This document shows positions 1-8,662 of a stretch of 64,000 nucleotides of DNA, piece by piece. The stretch is from an uncultured Chthonomonadaceae bacterium. GTDB lineage: Bacteria > Armatimonadota > Chthonomonadetes > Chthonomonadales > CAJBBX01. The DNA lies in the NCBI GenBank assembly GCA_964429855.1, contig CAYSDM010000012.1:4203-68202 (forward strand), given 5' to 3'. The stretch's first letter is position 1. Every line of letters starts with the position of its first letter. Both the position numbers and the translations under genes were made by a program. The notes beneath the pieces were generated by a model. It saw nothing but the letters and a program-made list of their open reading frames with translations, was not told where the DNA came from and did not search any database.

Positions 1-410
1 TCATATCGCCGCACGCCGTGCAGATGGATCGTCAGCAGCCGTCCGCCATGCGCCGGAGTAGCGACCGACTGGATGTTGTAGACCCAGTCCCCCTCCAGTC
101 GCACCTTCGACGGCAGCTTTGCGCCTGCGGGAGTCTCCAGCGTCCACTCCGCCTCATGCGTATTCGCCGCCGCCAGACGCGGACCGCCGCCCTTCGCCTC
201 CACCTTCAGGGTGGTCAGCGTGCCGCGCGCGCGGTCAAAGTGGATGACTCGCTCCACGGAATCGTTTCCGATCCGCCATGTCAGGGTCTTCTCATGGAAG
301 TAGACATAGGCGCGTTTGCCCTTGAAAGCGCCGTTTTTGGAATCGGCTCCCGCCGTCCCCGACAGGACTGCCGTCAGCAAAAGAAGCGCGAGTAGAACCG
401 TCCGAATCAA
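1..410 (-). CDS. hypothetical secreted protein, N-terminal part (gene runs off the left edge)
   Basis: Absent from the ORF track because it is open at the window edge. My reverse-complement translation from 410 reads LIRTVLLALLLLTAVLSGTAGADSKNGAFKGKRAYVYFHEKTLTWRIGNDS... with no stop down to position 1. TTG start at 408-410, with AGGAGG (revcomp of 418-423) 7 nt upstream. The N-terminus is hydrophobic and looks like a signal peptide. Confidence 0.6.
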   Translation of the reverse strand, partial: MIRTVLLALLLLTAVLSGTAGADSKNGAFKGKRAYVYFHEKTLTWRIGNDSVERVIHFDRARGTLTTLKVEAKGGGPRLAAANTHEAEWTLETPAGAKLPSKVRLEGDWVYNIQSVATPAHGGRLLTIHLHGVRRY

Positions 411-571
411 TTCGAAACCTCCTGCCCCGGGGAGCGCGAATCGCCGCGGTCGGGGATGGCGTAGAGTTTCCGACACCTGTCGGGATGTCCGCCTCCGACA
501 TACATTCGCGGCGATCCCGCCAGACTCCTGCTGAATCGAGTCGCGCGCCGACGCAGACTCCAAAATGCCCG

Positions 572-2716
572 TTACTCCAGCAGATAGGCGCTGCCGTGTG
601 TCGTCTGTATGCGCGACAGCATCCGGCGGATCTGATCAAGAGCCTGGGCGAAGTGGTGGATCGGCTGACGGCGATTGCTCACGCCTCCCAGCCGCAGGCA
701 GAAGATCGGGTAGCGGCGCAGTTGTCCGTGCGCGTCCGTCGTCTCCATATATCCCTGACGGCTCTGCTCCGCCGTATAGACATCGCGCGCCGCCTGATCG
801 AACCGGCGGACGATCTCCCGGCAGACCGTCTCCGCCTGCTCCGGCGCCAGCAGCAGATAGAAGTGGTCATAGTCGCCCTGCGCCAGAAACTGATCGGAGT
901 GCGGATGCTGCGCCAGCGCGTTCTCCAGCGCGCGCGCCGCCTTCAGCAGCGCCTCATCACTGTGGGCGATTCCGTAGACGTTGGTGAAGGCGCGGAAGTG
1001 CCGGATGTCGCCGTAGAGTAGAACGGTGGGCTGCCCCTGAGAAAGACGCAGGTTCGCCTCCTGCTCAAACGCGATCCGATCCGGCAGTCCGGTGACGGGA
1101 TGGACATGGCTGGCGCGGTTGACCTTCAGGTCGGTGATCGTCTCCAGCAGAGCGCGCACCGGCAGGACGCCCGCATATATGCCGTTATCCGCGACGATGA
1201 CATCGTGGTGAAAACGCATTCCCCGCCGATAGGTGACCTGTTTGGCGACCTGCTCCAGTGATGTCTCGGAATCCACGATCAGAGGCTGGCAGTCCATCAG
1301 CGTCGAGACGGGGCGACTCCGGCAGTCCGGGTCGGCGGCGAGCGCTTGCTCCAGCCGCTCACGCATCACCAGCCCTTCGATTCGCTCCTCCGCCAGGATC
1401 ACCACGCTCTCGATGTCCGGGTTCTTATAGAATTTGTTGGCGATGGTCTCTATCGGCGTCTCCGGCGGGAAGCTCAAGCCGATGCGCGCCGCTTTTCCGA
1501 CCGGGAACGGACTGGTTCCCAGACGCAGGCGGCGGCGGGCGACGTGTTCCGCCAGCAGATCGCGTATCTCGCGCCGCAATGACCGGAATCCGTCATTGGG
1601 TCGGCTGAGCAGATAGCCCTGCCCATAGGTGACGCCGATCTCCATGACGACGGAGAGTTCGTCGCGAGTCTCGATGCCTTCGGCGATCATTGCCGCGCCG
1701 ATCTGCATGGCATATTTGTTGAGCGTGGAGAGGAGAGCGCGGCGCGTTCCGCTGTTCTCGATGCTGCGCACCAGCGAGCGGTCTATCTTCACAAAATCGG
1801 GACGCAGTTCGGCGATGGTATGCAGGCTGCTGTAGCCCGCGCCTGCGTCATCAATGGCGATTTTGAAACCCTGACCGCGAAGCTCTTCGATATAGTGCAC
1901 CAGACGCGGAAAGTCCTCCACGGTCTGCCGTTCCGTCAGTTCCAGCACGATCTGCCGGGGAGAGATATGGCTTTCGGCAGCGCGATCCGCCAGCGTGCGG
2001 TCGGTCTCATGGACAAAATCCAGCCCCTCCGCATCCATATTCAGAAACAGGTGGGCTTTGATACCGGTCTGAGAGGCGCGGGTAAAACAGATCTCCTGGC
2101 AGGCGATGTCCACCCAGGAGACCAGCCGCGCTCGATCCGCTGCGGAGATCAGCGCGCCCGGGCGCCGTAGAACGCCGCTCTGCGGCACGCGCATCAGCGC
2201 CTCATAGCCGAAGACCTGCCCGGAATTCAGATGAACGATCGCCTGGAACTGCACGTTCAACCGCCGGTTGACCAGCATATCCAGAAGCTCGCTCAACTCC
2301 TCCAGATTCTCCTGCAGCAGCCCCACCGAACTGACAAAGGCAACGGGCATGATCTGCAGCCCTTCCGTATCGCCGGGATCGGCTTCCAGAGCCTCCGGAG
2401 CTGCCAGTTTCCGCCGCATCTGATCGAGCAGGGAGTGTACATGGAGCGGATCGAACGGCTCCCGACTGAAGGGAGTCGCCAGACAGATGCAGGTGTGCCG
2501 GTCACAGGAAATTACGCTGATATCGCAGGGGTCGAGGAGAGACTGCTCCAGCGCTTGGCGGATACGCTGATCCATGTTCGAAGGCGGCTCTTCGCCCGTA
2601 TAGCGGCAAAGGAATGCTGTGGTCGCCTCTTGAAACCCGTTCACGAACTGCGTGATCGGGTTCTCACGCGACACGACCCGCACGCCGTTTCCCGGCGTTC
2701 CGTTGGATTCGAACAT
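572..2716 (-). CDS. c-di-GMP phosphodiesterase with EAL domain, CBS pair and C-terminal degenerate GGDEF domain
   Basis: 714-aa ORF. EAL signatures: YEALMR, ELTE, DDAGAGYSS, KIDRSL, EGIE, QGY. A central CBS-like pair follows. The C-terminal GGDEF fold (TGLPDR...) carries QGDYDHF where GGDEF/GGEEF would be. Confidence 0.9.
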   Translation of the reverse strand: MFESNGTPGNGVRVVSRENPITQFVNGFQEATTAFLCRYTGEEPPSNMDQRIRQALEQSLLDPCDISVISCDRHTCICLATPFSREPFDPLHVHSLLDQMRRKLAAPEALEADPGDTEGLQIMPVAFVSSVGLLQENLEELSELLDMLVNRRLNVQFQAIVHLNSGQVFGYEALMRVPQSGVLRRPGALISAADRARLVSWVDIACQEICFTRASQTGIKAHLFLNMDAEGLDFVHETDRTLADRAAESHISPRQIVLELTERQTVEDFPRLVHYIEELRGQGFKIAIDDAGAGYSSLHTIAELRPDFVKIDRSLVRSIENSGTRRALLSTLNKYAMQIGAAMIAEGIETRDELSVVMEIGVTYGQGYLLSRPNDGFRSLRREIRDLLAEHVARRRLRLGTSPFPVGKAARIGLSFPPETPIETIANKFYKNPDIESVVILAEERIEGLVMRERLEQALAADPDCRSRPVSTLMDCQPLIVDSETSLEQVAKQVTYRRGMRFHHDVIVADNGIYAGVLPVRALLETITDLKVNRASHVHPVTGLPDRIAFEQEANLRLSQGQPTVLLYGDIRHFRAFTNVYGIAHSDEALLKAARALENALAQHPHSDQFLAQGDYDHFYLLLAPEQAETVCREIVRRFDQAARDVYTAEQSRQGYMETTDAHGQLRRYPIFCLRLGGVSNRRQPIHHFAQALDQIRRMLSRIQTTHGSAYLLE

Positions 2717-2936
2717 TCGGACAGTCTCCTCGTACCTGCTACTCCCTGCCTCGTCTCCGGAGCAGAAGAGGAACCGGTGGTGCTACTAATATCGGTTGAA
2801 ATGCTGGAATTCCATACACGATGTGTTCTCTTATTCCATAAATCCGATGGTGACCATGAATAGAGGATCAGGCAGGAGTATGCGGGGAGACGCGCGGAAG
2901 TTTATGAGGCAGACAGATAAGGAAGGAGCGATAAGA

Positions 2937-3677
2937 ATGCCTGACAGGATCGTTATCGGGATGATGGCAGCCGTCTTCCTGACTCTTGGCGGCTCTGGCG
3001 CGAAAGCGCAGACTCCGGGCAAACAGGAGGGCAAGTCCTTCAAGAAGGAGATTGTCAAGACGGTAACCGTGCAGTATCTTCTCTACCTGCCGAAGGAGTA
3101 TGGAAAAGACCCGGCGGCGAAGTTTCCCCTCATCCTGTTTCTACACGGCGCGGGCGAACGCGGCGCGGATCTGGAGAAGGTGAAGGCGCACGGTCCGCCC
3201 AGACTGGCGGCAGAGGGAAAGGAACTGCCGTTTATTATCGTCTCGCCGCAGTGTCCGGAGCGGCAGTTCTGGTCGCATGAGGCGCTCAACGCCCTTCTGG
3301 AGGAGATCATTGCGCAGTACAACGTGGATCAGGATCGAATCTATCTGACCGGGCTGAGCATGGGAGGCTATGGGACATGGGAGATGGCGATGGCTTATCC
3401 CGACCGTTTCGCCGCCCTTGTCCCGATCTGCGGCGGCGGTGATCCGGGTGGAGTGGAGAAGATAAAGCATCTCCCCATCTGGGTCTTTCATGGAGCGAAG
3501 GATAAGGCGGTTCCGCTCTCCGAGTCGCAGAAGATGGTGGACGCGCTGAAGGCGCTGAAAGCGGATGTGCAGTTTACGGTCTACCCCGAACTGGAGCATG
3601 ACTGCTGGACGGAGACCTATAACAATCGCGCTCTCTACGAGTGGCTTCTGAAACAGAAGCGTAAACCGCGTCTGTAA
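2937..3677 (+). CDS. secreted alpha/beta-hydrolase (carboxylesterase / PHB-depolymerase-type esterase)
   Basis: ORF 2796-3677. I prefer the internal ATG at 2937, which has AAGGAAGGA upstream and yields the signal peptide MPDRIVIGMMAAVFLTLGGSGAKAQ. LFLHGAGERG and the nucleophile elbow GLSMGGYG are present. Confidence 0.85.
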   Translation: MPDRIVIGMMAAVFLTLGGSGAKAQTPGKQEGKSFKKEIVKTVTVQYLLYLPKEYGKDPAAKFPLILFLHGAGERGADLEKVKAHGPPRLAAEGKELPFIIVSPQCPERQFWSHEALNALLEEIIAQYNVDQDRIYLTGLSMGGYGTWEMAMAYPDRFAALVPICGGGDPGGVEKIKHLPIWVFHGAKDKAVPLSESQKMVDALKALKADVQFTVYPELEHDCWTETYNNRALYEWLLKQKRKPRL

Positions 3678-3709
3678 TCCGCCGCCGCGGAAGATACCCG
3701 GAACAGAAC

Positions 3710-3925
3710 CTATGAGGAGGCGCTCGGAACCAGCGCCTCCACATCTACAATCTGTCCGGCGGCGGACGCCTGAATCGCCCCGAAAACCATCGCCATGCTC
3801 TTGAGATTGTCCGCCAGTGTTGTGGGAGGCTCGGGACCGCCGTCCAGCCAGTCCAGAAACTGCCCGATGATGGCGTTATGTCCCTCCAGAGAGGGCTGTA
3901 CGGCGGGAATATCCTCGATCAGCAT
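3710..3925 (-). pseudogene. orphan C-terminal fragment of a Gfo/Idh/MocA-type oxidoreductase
   Basis: The 71-aa ORF (...GHNAIIGQFLDWLDGGPEPPTTLADNLKSMAMVFGAIQASAAGQIVDV) resembles only the last ~65 residues of Gfo/Idh/MocA enzymes. An in-frame stop lies 13 codons upstream (3965-3967), and the PilZ gene ends at 3985, so there is no room for a Rossmann domain. Confidence 0.45.
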
Positions 3926-3984
3926 CCCGCGTCCGGGACGATGCTGCGCCAGCCGCTTTTGCGGTCACCGGGGGAATGGCAGGG

Positions 3985-4440
3985 TCAGGCGGCGTCTTGC
4001 ACCAGCGGGGAATCGCTCTCCTTCTCCACCGCCTCATCCCAGAGCAGACACATATAGCGGAGAAGGACGTTCGTCTCCTCCTCTGTCAGCGCGATGAAGT
4101 TGATCCCCAGGCTGGTATCCGCCCCCGCTTCCTGGACAACCATCACCTCGCAGGCGGCGATGAGCCAGTTCTCCTCATACAGAGGCGCGGCGAGAATGAC
4201 TGTCTCTCCTTTTGACAGAGGCGGGATTCCGGTTCCCCGGACGCACGCTCCCGAAAGACTGATGTCCTGAACGGTCATGGAATAGTCCTTGTCGTTCACA
4301 AACACCGTCGCCGGCATTCCCTCCACGCTCCAGCGCGCAAATCGTCGGCGATCCGACGATTTCAACAATCTGGCGCGACTCTGCGCCGCCGTATGTACAT
4401 AGCGGTCGCGAATAGACTGCAGTTGTTCCTGAAACGACAT
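3985..4440 (-). CDS. PilZ domain protein (c-di-GMP receptor)
   Basis: PilZ motifs RxxxR (RRFAR) and DxSxxG (DISLSG). ATG at 4440 is preceded by GAGGGAG 9 nt upstream. The track ORF begins at a TTG at 4458. Confidence 0.85.
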   Translation of the reverse strand: MSFQEQLQSIRDRYVHTAAQSRARLLKSSDRRRFARWSVEGMPATVFVNDKDYSMTVQDISLSGACVRGTGIPPLSKGETVILAAPLYEENWLIAACEVMVVQEAGADTSLGINFIALTEEETNVLLRYMCLLWDEAVEKESDSPLVQDAA

Positions 4441-4487
4441 GAAAGAGATCTCCCTCAAGAGCTAGTACATCTTCCAGGTAGGATAGT

Positions 4488-4635
4488 TGCATGGCCTGGC
4501 AGTCCTGTCGAGCGTAACGAAACCCCTGTCCAGCGGCAATGCGGCGACGGAAGCCGATTGTGCTTGGCGAATCCCTGTCATGTCGAGCGCAGCGAGACAT
4601 CTTAAGTTTCTTCGCTGCGCTGACAATGACAGCCA
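4488..4635. repeat. REP/MITE-like modular palindromic element, copy A
   Basis: The core imperfect palindrome at 4576-4631 is tgtcatgtcgagcgcagcgagacat-cttaag-tttcttcgctgcgctgacaatgaca. Module gtcctgtcgagcgtaacgaaacccctgtc lies at 4502-4530. The reverse complement of 40556-40703 matches both modules and both ends (tgcatNgcctggc ... atgacagcca). The track ORFs across it (e.g. MSSAARHLKFLRCADNDS) are translation artefacts of the repeat. Confidence 0.8.
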
Positions 4636-4686
4636 TATAAACTATCGTGACGATCTACTAGCCCGAATAGACAGCTTGTTCCTTCA

Positions 4687-5004
4687 TTATGGCGTTTCAG
4701 GAGTAAATCTTTCCGGCAGGAGAAAGGGAAGGGGCCACTGATTGGAGGCCGGTTCCGGTTCGGGGCGCAGCCGATCCTGGAACGCATCCTGCAGGCGCGC
4801 CGACATCTTCTCCCGGAAGGCGGGAGTCGTCTCGTGATGGGGATAGGCTTCGCGCAGGTGGACGCGCGTCTGTTCGAGCGTGCGCGCCTGAAACGCGCAC
4901 TCGGCGCAGCGCAACAGGTGACGCTCCAGACGGGCGCGCGTCTCCTCCGGCAGGTCGCCGTCTATGTACAGATCGAGTAGTTCCTGAAAATCCGCGCAAC
5001 GCAT
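4687..5004 (-). CDS. soluble ZAS-family anti-sigma factor (zf-HC2)
   Basis: 105 aa with C3 and H29-x3-C33-x2-C36 (RHLLRCAEC). No hydrophobic transmembrane segment. Lies 7 nt downstream of the ECF sigma gene. Confidence 0.85.
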   Translation of the reverse strand: MRCADFQELLDLYIDGDLPEETRARLERHLLRCAECAFQARTLEQTRVHLREAYPHHETTPAFREKMSARLQDAFQDRLRPEPEPASNQWPLPFLLPERFTPETP

Positions 5005-5011
5005 AATCCTG

Positions 5012-5554
5012 TCAATCCTCTTTCCAGCGTTCCTTCAGGCGGGCGCGCAGCGCGCGCCGCGCGCGATAGAGCAGCGATTTGGTGGCGGTCAGCGAACGCC
5101 CCAGAATCAACGCCGCCTCTCGCGCATCCCACTCCTCCACATCGCACAGAAGCAGTACATCCTGATACTCTTCGGGCAGCTCTTCCATCGCGCAGCGCAC
5201 ATCGGCGCGTAACGCCAATCCCTCCACCTCTCCGGAGTGTCCCGGCTCGAACGGCTCCTCCGGAAAGGTTAGCAGGCGCGGCTGCCGAAGACGATCACGG
5301 CAGAGATTACGGGCGATGCCGAACAGCCACCCGCGAAACGGGCTTTCGCCGCGATAGTCGGCCGCATGACGAAATGCCCGCAGGAACGCCTCCGAAACAA
5401 CCTCCTCCGCATCCTCGCGGTTATGGAGAATGTGGTAGGCATAGGCGTAGACCCGGTCCACATGCATCTCAAACAGGGTAGACAGCGCGATGCCGTCTCC
5501 CTGCCGGAACCGTTCCACCAGTCGGGCTTCATAGCCTGCGCCCTCCTGCGCCAC
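5012..5554 (-). CDS. ECF-type RNA polymerase sigma factor (sigma-70 family, group 4)
   Basis: 180 aa with region 2 (VYAYAYHILHNREDAEEVVSEAFLRAF) and region 4 (EEYQDVLLLCDVEEWDAREAALILGRSLTATKSLLYRAR). GTG start at 5552-5554 has AGGAGGAG 5 nt upstream. Confidence 0.92.
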   Translation of the reverse strand: MAQEGAGYEARLVERFRQGDGIALSTLFEMHVDRVYAYAYHILHNREDAEEVVSEAFLRAFRHAADYRGESPFRGWLFGIARNLCRDRLRQPRLLTFPEEPFEPGHSGEVEGLALRADVRCAMEELPEEYQDVLLLCDVEEWDAREAALILGRSLTATKSLLYRARRALRARLKERWKED

Positions 5555-5668
5555 GCCTGCTCCTCCTATCTATTACGACGCGCCTGCTCCTCTAAAAGTG
5601 TCGCGCGCCTATGCCCATTATATCACTCAATCTCTACAGACCCAACGCACTGCCGGAAAACGCAGGAG

Positions 5669-6541
5669 ATGGCTTGGCCGGTGTGGAATCGTAAAGACGT
5701 GCGAGCGATCTGGAGCATAGCGCGGTTAACGATGCTGGAGGCGGTGCGGCGCAAGCTGTTTATCGCTTCGTTGATTATCGCCGTCATCTTCTTTCTGTTG
5801 TCGCTGCTGCCGCATCTGATGGGCACATCAGGAAATACGCAGGTCGGTCCCGATCGGATGCGAATGACCCTGGGGGTGCTGTTGTGCATCTTCCTGGGAC
5901 TGCCGATGCTGCGGTTCTTTGCCGCCGTGCAAGCGGTGATTCTGGGAGCAGGCAGCATCAGCGGGGAGATCGAGCGCGGATCGCTGCCGGTCACGCTGGC
6001 AAGACCGATCAGCCGCGTACAGGTGATGCTCGGAAAGTGGCTGGGGATCAACCTCTTTCTGGGAGGGCATGTGCTGATCTGGGCAGCGCTTTTGTGGGCT
6101 TCCCTCTTCATACAGACGGGCGCGGGGAACTTCCAACTGCTCTATGCCGCGCTTCTCATCATCCTCTATCCGATCCTGTTCAGCAGTCTGTCGCTGCTCT
6201 TCTCCTCCTTTACCTCGCCCACGCTGGCGGCAGCGCTCACGCTGATCTGTGGCGGGATCGCCTGGTCAGAGGGAATCCTGAAGATGATTGCGCGTCTTCC
6301 GCTCGTAGACCTTCCCCTGCTGGCGCAGATCGGTCATGCCTGCTCTTTCGTAGTTCCGATGGCGCATGTGGACCGCTGGGTGGATCGGCTGCTGGGCGAC
6401 CTCAGCCCGATCGTCTTTGCGGAACGGATGGGACGCCCGCCGACGCAGCTTGCCACCGCCGCCGATCTGGTCTATATCGCGCTCTACACCCTGGCAGTCT
6501 TCGGAATCGGGCTGCTGTCGTTTCATCGGCGGGATATTTAA
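5669..6541 (+). CDS. ABC-2-type permease-like polytopic membrane protein (no adjacent ATPase gene)
   Basis: This is the real part of ORF 5366-6541; the 5' extension overlaps the sigma gene on the other strand. From MAWPVWNRKDVRAIWSIARLTMLEAVRRKLF there are about 6 hydrophobic spans, resembling ABC-2/YhaP-type permeases. The start codon is uncertain. Confidence 0.7.
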   Translation: MAWPVWNRKDVRAIWSIARLTMLEAVRRKLFIASLIIAVIFFLLSLLPHLMGTSGNTQVGPDRMRMTLGVLLCIFLGLPMLRFFAAVQAVILGAGSISGEIERGSLPVTLARPISRVQVMLGKWLGINLFLGGHVLIWAALLWASLFIQTGAGNFQLLYAALLIILYPILFSSLSLLFSSFTSPTLAAALTLICGGIAWSEGILKMIARLPLVDLPLLAQIGHACSFVVPMAHVDRWVDRLLGDLSPIVFAERMGRPPTQLATAADLVYIALYTLAVFGIGLLSFHRRDI

Positions 6542-6571
6542 GATATACAATCCGTACTAGGATAGGGACTC

Positions 6572-7810
6572 TTGGCTATCGTAAATCTGGCGGCATCCCT
6601 GCGCGAATGGAGGGCGATGCTTCCCGCGCAGACACGCGCCGCCTGGAAATGGGATACCGCGACCGGGTTTTTCGCCGGTCTCTACTTCGGGTGCGTCTGG
6701 ACCTTTGTGGCGCGTGTAGCCAGAGCCGATCTGGCGGCGACCAGCGCGCAGATGGGCTGGATTGCGGCGGCTCCCGCCGCCGGTTACCTCTTTGCCACCG
6801 TCTGGGCGCGGCAGATGGAGGGGCGCGCAAAGATGCCCTTCGTCTTCTGGACATGGCTGATCGCGCGCGGAATGTTCATGCTGACTCCGCTGGTGCATAC
6901 CCGCGAGCAGTTCGTTATGCTGGTCTGCATCACCACCTTTATCTTCTCCGTCTCCACGCCGGCGTACACCGCGATCATGAAGGATGTCTATCCGGACGCT
7001 AACCGGGGACGGCTGATGAGCGCGGTGCGTATCGTCATGAGTGTCATGACCTTTCTGACCGCGCTGACGGTGGGGCGTCTGCTGGACAGCCATGTGTTGA
7101 GTTTTCAATCGGCTTTCTGTCTGGGCGGGTTGTTCGGGGCGATCAGCGCGTGGACCTTCAGCCGCATTCCGGTCTCGCCCCCGGACCCGAAGCTGGAGAC
7201 GAATCTCTCAACCGGGGCGTTCTTCCGCGATACCTTTAATATTCTCCAGCGCAATCCGGGCTATCGCTGGTTCACCGCCTCGGTCTTCATCTACGGGTTC
7301 GGTAACATCATCGCCTCGACCATCTATCCGATCTATCAGGTGGATCGGTTCAACATCACCAATACGCAGGTTGCCAATCTCCAGAATCTTGCCGCCATCA
7401 TGACCATCATAGGCTTCTTCTTCTGGGGCACGTTCCTGGATCGCAGCGGTCCGCTGATGACGGTGCTTGTGGCGGTCTGCATCGTCTGCCTGATGCCGCT
7501 GTGCTATATGCTCGCCTGGGACATCAAGCTGCTCTATCTGGCGGCGGCGGCGGGAGGTCTGGCGATGTCCGGCATAGAACTGGGCTATCTGAACACGACG
7601 CTGCTGTTCGCCGAACCGGGGCGCGCCGCTCAGTATCAGGCGCTGCACTCCAGCTTCTTCGGGATTCGCGGCTCTATCGCGCCTCACTGCGCCATTCCGA
7701 TGATGGAGCGGATGGGCGCGCCCGGCGCGTTTTTCGCCTCCTTTGGAATCATGCTGATCGGCGTTTTGCTGCAGCTTCTCTCCATGCGCCACTATCGGCG
7801 GCGCGTCTGA
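6572..7810 (+). CDS. MFS transporter
   Basis: 412-aa ORF with about 12 hydrophobic spans and MFS-like loops. TTG at 6572, or alternatively ATG at 6617. Confidence 0.85.
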   Translation: MAIVNLAASLREWRAMLPAQTRAAWKWDTATGFFAGLYFGCVWTFVARVARADLAATSAQMGWIAAAPAAGYLFATVWARQMEGRAKMPFVFWTWLIARGMFMLTPLVHTREQFVMLVCITTFIFSVSTPAYTAIMKDVYPDANRGRLMSAVRIVMSVMTFLTALTVGRLLDSHVLSFQSAFCLGGLFGAISAWTFSRIPVSPPDPKLETNLSTGAFFRDTFNILQRNPGYRWFTASVFIYGFGNIIASTIYPIYQVDRFNITNTQVANLQNLAAIMTIIGFFFWGTFLDRSGPLMTVLVAVCIVCLMPLCYMLAWDIKLLYLAAAAGGLAMSGIELGYLNTTLLFAEPGRAAQYQALHSSFFGIRGSIAPHCAIPMMERMGAPGAFFASFGIMLIGVLLQLLSMRHYRRRV

Positions 7811-7856
7811 AAATCGCTCCCTTCGCAGTGAAATCGCCCGAATGCAGGCAGGGCGA

Positions 7857-7886
7857 TTGACGTTCTTAGCAGGGCTAAGGTATACT
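7857..7886 (+). promoter_or_regulatory. sigma-70-type promoter upstream of ubiE operon
   Basis: TTGACG (7857-7862), 18-nt spacer, TATACT (7881-7886), 45 nt upstream of the ATG at 7931. An 8-bp hairpin aatcgccc/gggcgatt (7832-7858) sits directly upstream and overlaps the -35 hexamer. Confidence 0.6.
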
Positions 7887-7930
7887 GCTGTATAGATTGT
7901 GAAAAAGGCTACAAAGTTCGGGGAACCGTC

Positions 7931-8662
7931 ATGGGCGCTCAGCAGGTAAGACCCGATCACTATGTCGGGGATAAAGCCGAATATGTGCGCGATATGTTCG
8001 CGGGCATCGCACACCGATACGATCTGCTGAATTCGGTGTTGAGCTTTAACCGCCATAAAGCCTGGCGGCGCTATGCGGTGCGGCTGGCGAATCTGCAGCC
8101 CGGTGACTGCGCGCTGGATGTCTGCACCGGGACCGGCGACTTTGCCCTGGATCTGTATCGCGTGGTGGGGAAGTCCGGCTATGTGGTCGGCGCGGACTTC
8201 TGCGCCCCCATGATCGAACAGGGACGCCGGAAGACGGAGCGCGCCGCCGGGAGGCGTATCGGCATGATGATCGCCGACGCGCTGGCGCTGCCCTATCCCG
8301 ACAATCAGTTCGACTGCGTGACGGTCGGGTTCGGCATTCGGAATGTGGCGGATGTTCCGCGCGCCTTCTGCGAGATGGCGCGTGTCGCCCGACCGGGCGG
8401 GCGCGTTCTCTGCCTGGAGTTTAATCAGCCGCGCCACTGGTTCTGGAAACCGCTGGTAAACTTCTATCAGAACTGCGTTCTCCCGCGTATTGGAGGCTTG
8501 CTCAGCCGGCGGGACGCCTATACCTATCTTCCTGCCTCCATTCAGGCGTTTCACACGCGCGAAGAGTTGAAAGCCATGATGGAGCAGGCAGGACTGGACT
8601 CGGTGCGGGTCTACGATCTGAACTTCGGCAGCGTGTGCATTCATCTGGGGGTGAAACGATGA
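7931..8662 (+). CDS. ubiE: demethylmenaquinone / ubiquinone C-methyltransferase
   Basis: Family signature KAEYVRDMFAGIAHRYDLLNSVLSF..HKAWRR and SAM motif LDVCTGTGD. Confidence 0.92.
   Translation: MGAQQVRPDHYVGDKAEYVRDMFAGIAHRYDLLNSVLSFNRHKAWRRYAVRLANLQPGDCALDVCTGTGDFALDLYRVVGKSGYVVGADFCAPMIEQGRRKTERAAGRRIGMMIADALALPYPDNQFDCVTVGFGIRNVADVPRAFCEMARVARPGGRVLCLEFNQPRHWFWKPLVNFYQNCVLPRIGGLLSRRDAYTYLPASIQAFHTREELKAMMEQAGLDSVRVYDLNFGSVCIHLGVKR

Noticed and set aside
4502-4631. Possible CRISPR array, suggested by the repeated gcgctcgacaKgac units (also at 40590-40690)
   Set aside because: The units are about 20 nt, directly abutting or in inverted orientation, with no regular spacers of 30-40 nt and no cas genes. 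They behave as a palindromic REP/MITE-like element.
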